A stretch of DNA of 64,000 bases from Candidatus Aphodosoma sp. (GTDB taxonomy: Bacteria; Bacteroidota; Bacteroidia; Bacteroidales; Paludibacteraceae). This document shows, in pieces, positions 26,524 to 34,600 of this stretch. The notes beneath the pieces are model-generated. The model was given only the letters and a program-made list of their open reading frames with translations, did no database searches and was not told the origin of the DNA. The DNA is taken from NCBI GenBank assembly GCA_051870785.1, contig JBJECF010000058.1, positions 37,601 to 101,600 on the forward strand, in the 5' to 3' direction. The position numbers and the translations under genes were made by a program. Positions within the stretch are counted from its first letter, which is position 1, and each line of letters starts with the position of its first letter.

Positions 26524-29500
26524 TTATTTTACAATCAGTTTCCCTATATATACATCCCCTGTACCGGAAATTACACGAATATGGTAAACTCCCGCGGTAG
26601 ATATTCCTTCGATAGTGATAGGATAAACCGTTGGTTTAAAAATCATAAGTTGTTGACCCACCGTAGTGAGCACCTCTACCGTCATACCGGTTTTTTCCTC
26701 CTCTGTCCACTCTTTAAGCAGATAAGTAACTTCGCCACCACGTATAGGGTTTGGAGCCACTACTATCGGGATGAGGTAAGAATTATCGGTACCGGTAACT
26801 ACTTCAAGGTTAAGTATTGTTACTGAATCACATCCCATATACGACATCGTTCTATAAGAATACTCACCGGCTTGAGAATAGGTATTTCCGCCGAACTCGT
26901 AAACCTCGCCTTGATTAATAGTTTCAGAGATATGAACGGTATCGGTAGGTATGAAAGTGAGCTGAACTTCCACGATAGAGTCGCATCCATTAAGATTTGA
27001 AACAACGCGTTCTACTACGGTATCGGCAGTTATAGCGGGAATATTAAATCCGTAACCGTTATATTCATAACCTTCGCAGGCATAATCTTCGACAACGAAG
27101 CGCGGAGCATCAGTCACCACTAAAGTAAGATTTACTATAGAGTCGCAGTTGAGGCTATTTGCAAAAGTATTGGTATAACTGCCCGGCTCGGTAAGTTCGT
27201 TATTGCCAAATTGATAAGAAGAGCCGTGGCAGATAGTTATCGTAGTATCTACATTTGCAGGGATAACAGTGAGGTCGAGAACACGAACTGAGTCGCAACC
27301 GAGGCTGTTAGTGAAATGTTTCGTGTAGCGGCCCTGAGTAGTAAGCGTCATGTCGTACCAAGTGTAAGACGTACCCTCGCAAACTACTGCTTTCTCCTCA
27401 ATATTTGTCGGTATTACAGTGAGATTCAGAGTGATATGCGATTCACAACCTCTTGCATTAGTTACTGTATCTACATAAACACCCGTCTCGGTAAGCTGTT
27501 TGCCATTGAAGTTATAAGAGCTTCCCTCACAAATATATTCGTTGAGAATACTACTTGCATCATCTACATACAAGTGGAGAACCACAATACTGTCGCATCC
27601 GAATGAAGAGATGAAGTTCTTTGTATATTTACCTGAAGTAGAATAATTTTCTCCGGCAAAGAGGCCTTTATTATAAACATCTCCCGGGCAAATAGTATCG
27701 AAAATCTCTTGAGAATATACAGGAGCGAGGTATAGATTAAGCATTTTTACCGTATCAGCCTGACCCTCTTGATTAATCAATTGGGTTATTGAGAATTGAT
27801 TTATGCCTTGAGACATCTGCTCGTTGAGGATATTAAATCCGTAAGCATAATAATTCTCGTTTCCACAAATGGTATCGAAATATTCCGGCTGATAGAAGCT
27901 ACGAGAAACGCGCAAATCGAAGATACCCATACGGCCCGAAGTAGTAGAACCCATATTATCGCCACGAGCGATACGAGTGGATATACGCACCATCACGTTC
28001 TTACCGGCATAGCGATTAATCTTCTTACTGAACGGCAGTTTAATGACGTTACTACCATCGGCAGGGGTCTTTCCGGCTATATTTAGTAATGTATCGCAAA
28101 CGGTAGCATCATCAGAGATAACAGATACAATCATACTACTATTCTCGGAATAATTGTAATAGTTAAACGAAACAAAAGTGTTGGAGTCGAGCACTTCGAT
28201 AGCAGGAGAAACCGCCATGAAATGTCCGGACTTTGAAAGAGTACTTAGCGTAATGCCGTTTTCAGCAGTAGTTCCGAAAGCCCATGATCCGCTACCGCTC
28301 TTTATCTCATCATACGTCTCCCAACATTTATGGCTTTCGCCAAGATATCTGTACGGCATAGGGTAGCTTCCACAATCCATAAGGAGCATTGCACTACCCC
28401 AATCGGTAGTATCGTTACTCATTTCGCCACGCACATAGATGGTATAAGGGGTAGCGTAATCGAACTCGCAATAGTTGAGATTATTCTCAGCCATCAAGGT
28501 ATCAAGGATCATTACCGATTTTTCGTTATTATATATTCTCAATCTATAAAAATCGGAATTACCTACCCAGCTGATATCAGCGCAATGGTTATCATTCTGC
28601 GATACGAAAACATTAGGTTTCATAACATTTGTAGTGCAAATAACCACGCTATCTATAGATATATAGTTGACAGAAGAATTAAGCATATCTACCATAAATC
28701 CGAGTTGATAAACGCCGGTAGAAGGAGCTATAAAGTCGCAATAATAGACGTTGTAATCCTTATCCACAGCCACTGAAGTGAGGGTATGGAAGCCATCGTT
28801 ATCGAGGTAACCGAAGTGGAGCTTGTCATTGGCATTATAGCCACGAGCATATGTTTGAATACGATAGATAGAATCTTTAGTAACGGCAAAATTACGAGTA
28901 AGGGCAGAATGATTGCCATAAGCAATACTCATATAGCCGATGCCGGATTTCGGTTCACGGTAAGAATTTTTTGCCACACACTCCCAGTTTGACTGAGTAG
29001 GACGATTAGTAGGAGACAGTGCCGTTTGATACCAGCAATTAGAAGGACCCATACCAATAAGTACATCTTCGAAGTCGTCGACAAATTCATTATTTGCATC
29101 AACGATGTCGGCATCACAAAGGGTGCTGAACGCAGTGGTGAAATAGGTAGATACATCACCGCCACCGCAGTCGAGATTAACCTTAACGACGTATTCGGAG
29201 CCGGCAGACAATCCGACAACAGAGATAGTGTCGCTATTAGAAGTGCCACTTGCTACTGGAGTGTTGATATCGTTCACACCGTAAACGGCATAATTAATTG
29301 CAACCAAATTATTAGAAGAGGTACAAACAAAAGTAATAGAACCGGTAGACCTATCTGCCAAAGAAACGGAACGGATAGTACCGCAGCTCTGCTTTTGAAT
29401 AAACAGGCGGTCGATAGAGAATGGAGGTTGTACCGGAGTGGAAGTAGCGGAAGCTGTAGCATTATGCCAAGAGATGACGAGCTTATAAGTACCCGGTTTT

Positions 29501-31698
29501 TCTACATTAAAGGCAACCGTTTCGGATGTCCACAAGTTCTTTCCGGAGAGATTAGTAGTGCTATATAATTTCACTGCATAATCCGGCAAAGTAGTGCCGG
29601 AAGCGATGAGTAAATCGCCGGCTTCGAAATCTACGCTCGTAGGAGCGAGGAAAATACGAGAACAAGCAATTGCACCACGACCCGTACAGCGCCAATCGTA
29701 AGAGATTTCGTATACGCCCGGCTCATCGAAATTCACATTTCTATATACATAGACGTCGGATGCAGCTGCCTCGTTATAATGATATCTATTTGCAACGCCA
29801 TCGGTAACATACAAAGCATTGGCACCGGCTTTAACAGCATCCGGGTCGGTACCGATAATAAAGCGGTTTGGCTGCAACTTTCTATCCTCACCATTGATAA
29901 AATGCCAACCGGCATTCTCACTTTCCGATTCAAAATAAGTATAGAAAGGCATTGAAACGTAATCGCTACTTATAGTGCTGAAGTATACGGTATCCCAAGC
30001 AGTAGTGCTATTGTCGCTACCGTTGCTACAATTGGCACGAGCTGTAAAATAATAAGCCGACTCAGGAGTTAATCCGTTGATAATAATACTATTAGTATTA
30101 GAGGTAGTATTACCGGAAGTAACCAATGAGTTATCGGCATTATAAAGAGCGAAATCGAAATTTACAACGTCATGGGCAACCTCCCAAGCAAGGGACGCCA
30201 TTGTGTCGGTAACGTTGTAGACTTGCAAATTACGCGGAGCAAAGCAGAGGTTATCACTCCAACGCACTTCGAGGTCATCGATATAAACCGTACTGTTGGC
30301 ATCGGTTCGTAACACCACTCTACCCTCCGGCACGTTATAATTGCTAAAGTCTACAATGGCATTAATAATATTATTCTTGGCAGTAAACTCTTGTACTGCT
30401 ACAAATGATGAAGCATCCGACAAATCGGTTTGTACACCTACAACGAGGCTTCCGTTTCCTTGAATATTGAAATCAAACACGGTAGCGGAGATGCTTAAAT
30501 CGAATTCCGGCAGAGCAACAGCATTCTCACGACGCATCAAGAGGGATGCCGGTGTAGAGCCGAGAGCCTCATTGACAACAACAGGGTATTGACCTGCATT
30601 ATCGCTACTTACCGTCAATCTTTCGAAGCAATTAGGGAATGGGAATGCCATATTGGAATAAGTGTCGAAATCCTCGTTCCAAGAGCTGCCGCGGGCTATC
30701 GTCTTAATATCACAAGGGGTATTTATAAAGATAGGATCGCTCCATTCCGTTGCAACACCATTACAGAAAGTACGATAATAGATATAATAGGCGGCAGATT
30801 TATTCAAACCGTTGATAGTAACATCCTTGTTCGTTGTGTTTATGATTGTGCAACTGTTGACTTCGGTACCTACCGTGCCATAAGCTACTTGAAGGGTATC
30901 GGCATTATAATAGAAGCGAGCAGTAACACTATTTTGAGTAACAGCGGTAATTTCTACTTTGTTGATATCGACACACTCAGGCGCATAATCCACCACAATA
31001 TCGTCGATATAAATGGTACGATTATTAGCGATGGAAGGACCATATTTAATAGCGATATAATAATCTTGATAATCTTCGCCGAAAACATTGAAAGCCACAG
31101 TATTGTAGTTTATCACTGTAGTAGATTTAAATTCGGCAACAGGTACGAACGACTCGGCATCTGCAGGGTTACGCATCAAGCCCACAACGATAGGGGCATC
31201 GCCATTATTAAGCATCTGATAGCGATAAGCAAACGACAATTGAAGTTCAGTGACAGGCACATCGAATTTCGGCAAAATCAAAAAGATAGGGTAATCGACG
31301 GAAGAACTCATCGACAAGCAGTAGTCGCCTGAAGCGGCATAATATTTAGAGCCGGAAGCAAAAGAAGGATAAGAGCTTGATTCCGGAGCTTGAGTATGGA
31401 GTGAGAAGCAACCATTGCTCTCTATCAAAGCAGCAGAAGTGAGCGTTTCGAAACTTTCGGCATAAGGGATATTGATAATATCGGCACAAGCGGTACGGAT
31501 AGATGCAGGGCCGAGCCATTTACTTACACTACCGGCACAACAAGTAGTACGCACATACAAATCGTAAGTCTTGCTTGGAAGCAAATTACTTAGGTAAAAG
31601 GGATATGCTGTGTATAAGTGTAATGTTGAGTAGTGCTGAAAGCCACCGGAGTAGCAGCGTAAGGGTCGGCACCCGGTTCTACAGCCACATATTCCCAA
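26524..31698 (-). CDS. C-terminal 1724-codon part of a giant T9SS-secreted surface protein (frame-shifted continuation of 31590..37187)
   Basis: There is no signal peptide, and the first ~35 codons are Cys/Arg-rich nonsense. From YLSNLLPSKTYDLYVRTTCCAGSVSKW it continues an FN3-like module begun in the upstream ORF. It then alternates beta-sandwich and FN3-like modules, followed by 7 Cys repeats and a T9SS sorting domain (...GVYHIRVISGTGDVYIGKLIVK). Confidence 0.8.
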   Translation of the reverse strand: MGICGCRTGCRPLRCYSGGFQHYSTLHLYTAYPFYLSNLLPSKTYDLYVRTTCCAGSVSKWLGPASIRTACADIINIPYAESFETLTSAALIESNGCFSLHTQAPESSSYPSFASGSKYYAASGDYCLSMSSSVDYPIFLILPKFDVPVTELQLSFAYRYQMLNNGDAPIVVGLMRNPADAESFVPVAEFKSTTVINYNTVAFNVFGEDYQDYYIAIKYGPSIANNRTIYIDDIVVDYAPECVDINKVEITAVTQNSVTARFYYNADTLQVAYGTVGTEVNSCTIINTTNKDVTINGLNKSAAYYIYYRTFCNGVATEWSDPIFINTPCDIKTIARGSSWNEDFDTYSNMAFPFPNCFERLTVSSDNAGQYPVVVNEALGSTPASLLMRRENAVALPEFDLSISATVFDFNIQGNGSLVVGVQTDLSDASSFVAVQEFTAKNNIINAIVDFSNYNVPEGRVVLRTDANSTVYIDDLEVRWSDNLCFAPRNLQVYNVTDTMASLAWEVAHDVVNFDFALYNADNSLVTSGNTTSNTNSIIINGLTPESAYYFTARANCSNGSDNSTTAWDTVYFSTISSDYVSMPFYTYFESESENAGWHFINGEDRKLQPNRFIIGTDPDAVKAGANALYVTDGVANRYHYNEAAASDVYVYRNVNFDEPGVYEISYDWRCTGRGAIACSRIFLAPTSVDFEAGDLLIASGTTLPDYAVKLYSTTNLSGKNLWTSETVAFNVEKPGTYKLVISWHNATASATSTPVQPPFSIDRLFIQKQSCGTIRSVSLADRSTGSITFVCTSSNNLVAINYAVYGVNDINTPVASGTSNSDTISVVGLSAGSEYVVKVNLDCGGGDVSTYFTTAFSTLCDADIVDANNEFVDDFEDVLIGMGPSNCWYQTALSPTNRPTQSNWECVAKNSYREPKSGIGYMSIAYGNHSALTRNFAVTKDSIYRIQTYARGYNANDKLHFGYLDNDGFHTLTSVAVDKDYNVYYCDFIAPSTGVYQLGFMVDMLNSSVNYISIDSVVICTTNVMKPNVFVSQNDNHCADISWVGNSDFYRLRIYNNEKSVMILDTLMAENNLNYCEFDYATPYTIYVRGEMSNDTTDWGSAMLLMDCGSYPMPYRYLGESHKCWETYDEIKSGSGSWAFGTTAENGITLSTLSKSGHFMAVSPAIEVLDSNTFVSFNYYNYSENSSMIVSVISDDATVCDTLLNIAGKTPADGSNVIKLPFSKKINRYAGKNVMVRISTRIARGDNMGSTTSGRMGIFDLRVSRSFYQPEYFDTICGNENYYAYGFNILNEQMSQGINQFSITQLINQEGQADTVKMLNLYLAPVYSQEIFDTICPGDVYNKGLFAGENYSTSGKYTKNFISSFGCDSIVVLHLYVDDASSILNEYICEGSSYNFNGKQLTETGVYVDTVTNARGCESHITLNLTVIPTNIEEKAVVCEGTSYTWYDMTLTTQGRYTKHFTNSLGCDSVRVLDLTVIPANVDTTITICHGSSYQFGNNELTEPGSYTNTFANSLNCDSIVNLTLVVTDAPRFVVEDYACEGYEYNGYGFNIPAITADTVVERVVSNLNGCDSIVEVQLTFIPTDTVHISETINQGEVYEFGGNTYSQAGEYSYRTMSYMGCDSVTILNLEVVTGTDNSYLIPIVVAPNPIRGGEVTYLLKEWTEEEKTGMTVEVLTTVGQQLMIFKPTVYPITIEGISTAGVYHIRVISGTGDVYIGKLIVK
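26527..26778 (-). other. T9SS C-terminal sorting domain (type A) of the giant protein
   Basis: Last ~84 aa: YLIPIVVAPNPIRGGEVTYLL...MTVEVLTTVGQQLMIFKP...GVYHIRVISGTGDVYIGKLIVK. Confidence 0.75.
26779..27900 (-). repeat. Seven tandem ~50-aa Cys-containing protein repeats (period about 150 nt) preceding the sorting domain
   Basis: Repeat pattern C-x-G-x2-Y-x-(F/W)-x-G-x-(L/Y)-T-x2-G-x-Y-x8-10-GC(D/E)S-x3-L-x-L-T-V-x-P. Examples: ICEGSSYNFNGKQLTETGVYVDTVTNARGCESHITLNLTVIP, VCEGTSYTWYDMTLTTQGRYTKHFTNSLGCDSVRVLDLTVIP, ICHGSSYQFGNNELTEPGSYTNTFANSLNCDSIVNLTLVV. Confidence 0.75.
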
Positions 31699-34600
31699 TT
31701 AAGGTTACTGCTGATACTATCGGTAATATATGCTTTTACATAAGTGGATTTACAGCTATCCACACCGATAGTAATAGGGCGGATACAAGGGTCTACGTAT
31801 TGGAAATCGAAGGCGCGCATACGGGCACGAGCACTATTATTCAACATCGAAGAGAGGTCGGTACGTTGGCCACCCGTAGAGGTGGTTTGGAAAATGATAC
31901 GCACTTTTTCGCCGGCATATTTTTTCAAATCCACCTCCCTATCGAAGATATATTCCATCAGATTATCGGCAGAATATACCACATACGTCAATGTATCGGC
32001 AATAGTTTTTCCGAAATCGGTAGAGATGCAAACGAATATCGTATCTGCAGCATAATTCTCAAGAGTGAAAAGAACTTTAGCCGTTTCATTCTTAGTAGTA
32101 TCTACATTTGTAAGGTCTAATATCGGCGACATAAGTTGCGCCATATTGTGACCCGTATTTAAAGAAGTACTAGTAAACTCTATATAATAATTTGTTACCG
32201 GAGGGCCTGAACTACCACCTGATGTTAAAGACTTATAATTCCAACCGTTATACTTAAATTCCGGATAAGAAACAGAAGCCCAACAATCAGGTAATGAGCC
32301 TTGATAAGAGGTATTTGTTCTATAGAAATCATCTACGTTGATATTATAGAAATAGTTATAAGGCTCGCAATAAGTATTAAAGTTATTAGAATAAGCCACA
32401 TAACTTTCATCGGAAGCAGAGCAAAGAGCGACAACCTCGAACATATATTCGGAAGAAGCATACAAACCGCCGAAAGTGATATCATTTACAGTGACTACAG
32501 TATCGATATCGGCAATAATGTCGACATCATCGCCGGCAGTGATATAACGTAAACCGCGAACATGCCATTGAGTTTCAGCTCCACCGGCATTCCAACGAAG
32601 ATGCACCTTGTCATTCTCAACAGATACTACTTCCACATTAGTAGGCATTGGGCACGAAGGTGCTTGAGAGATGATGATATCATCGAAATAGCATGTAGTA
32701 CCGGCATTTACTACTATAGCAATATATTTTGCATTAGCAAATTCGGCATAATCCGGAGTGTTAAGCACGCTGAAGTCGGCATTAAACTGATTCCAGGTGT
32801 AAGAAGAAGACAAAGTCACCGTTTGCACATGCTCGTAACTATCTACATTAGTAGGATCATTAATAACACCTATATCGAAAGAGATGCCAAAAGTAGTAGA
32901 ATAGGCATATCCGGAGATAGTTACATTAGCAAGCGAAGCCACATTGAGCTCCGGAGTAATGATTGTTACGCCGTTCACTTTAAATGAGCGCTGCCCCACT
33001 TTCTGCTGTTCGGAAGTGACTTTAAACACGCTGGAAGCGTTATATCCGAGCGAACTCCAGCAAGCGAGGTCGGATGCAAGCTCGAAATTCTCTTGGATAG
33101 GCAGACTTACAGGGGCGCATTTAGTACGGAAAGTAGACACAGAGCTCCACTCGCTCGGCTTACCGCTGCAGAATGAGCGCACGGTATACCAATACTCGGT
33201 ATTAGGCTGTAAACCACCTATTTTAAAGCTTGTAGCAGTAGTCGTATTTTGGTACACATCGTATAGCGGATAATATTTATCACACTCTACGGAAGAGACG
33301 CGCACTTCCACACTATCAGCAACATAAGTAAATGAGATAGTGGCAGAGTCGACTCCCGCCTGTGCCTCGATATTGAGCGGTGGTACACAAGAGATTTCGC
33401 TTACCGAAAGTTCGTCGATACATACGGCATATACTATCGAAGAATTTGTAGCAAAAGAGTACAGACCAAGGTAATAATCACCTGTTTGCGGCACGGTGAA
33501 ATAACCCGTTATCGGAGTCCATGAAGTGGAATTTGTAAATGTGCTAAGGAATTGATTTCTGCGGAAAATTGCAGTATCGGCAACAGAAGCATAACCCATT
33601 GCAAAATAAGCACCTTGTGTATTGTCGTCTTCATCGGCACGAGTTATACAACCATAAACCTGCATTTTATACTGCTTACCTGCCTCGAAGTGGAAATGGC
33701 GATAGAGCCAGTTATGGTAATTATAGCCATTTCTTGCAAATCTATTTCCCTTATAAGGGAGTACTTCCACCGTAGGATTTGACGCGGTAACTTTCTCTAC
33801 ACAATAGAGATAACCACTAGCGGTTGTAGATTTCTCTCTTTGATATTGTTGGAAGAAGCAACCCTTAATGGTATCTGTAGTAGATTTTACTACAAAACGT
33901 GTTTCGAAATCTTCAATAAAATCGTTTTCTGCCGTAATGATAAATGCATCGCAATGAGTGCGTACGGACAAAGATTTTCTGCTCCAAGGAGATTGAGAAT
34001 CCGGGCTACAATAGCGACGGATATATACCTCGTAAGGGAAATCAGGTTGAAGTCCGAATGCCTCAATAGAGTTGACGCCTCCGTTAGAGGTGAATATTGT
34101 AGTAGCCTCATCCGGATCTTTACCTGACTCTACAAAGCAAGCCTGCCATGTATCATTATGCCAGGCAGTATCTGTCACTGTTACAAGCACTGAATCTTTT
34201 GACAAAGCCTCAACTTTAAAATCTTTTAGTCGCTTACAATCAGGCACCTCCTCAATATACACATCATCGAGATAGAAAGTATTACCATTATTTGAAATAC
34301 CCTCGAAGAGAACGTAATTCTCGCCGCCTATATTGGCAGGGAGCTCAAGGGTATACTCGTATTTAGCGGGTTTAGCCTCTGCCGGAGCATTCTTATAATA
34401 AGCATTATAGAATCCACCCACCACAGCATTAAGAGTATCGTCCGGATTAGGAGAAACCAAAATACGTAAGCCTTCGTTTATTTTATTAGAACCATGACGA
34501 TACATGGTAAATACCACTTGATAACGCTTGGTAGGGTCGAAATTCAAAGCCGGAGTGGCAAGTACTATTCTATTTCCGGCAGTACATTTCTTAAAATTGG

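Noticed and set aside
30589-32120. 247- and 181-codon plus-strand ORFs, and many others inside 26524..37187
   Set aside because: They are antisense shadows of the giant surface-protein gene. Their translations are low-complexity (Ile/Arg/His-rich), with no signal peptides or motifs.
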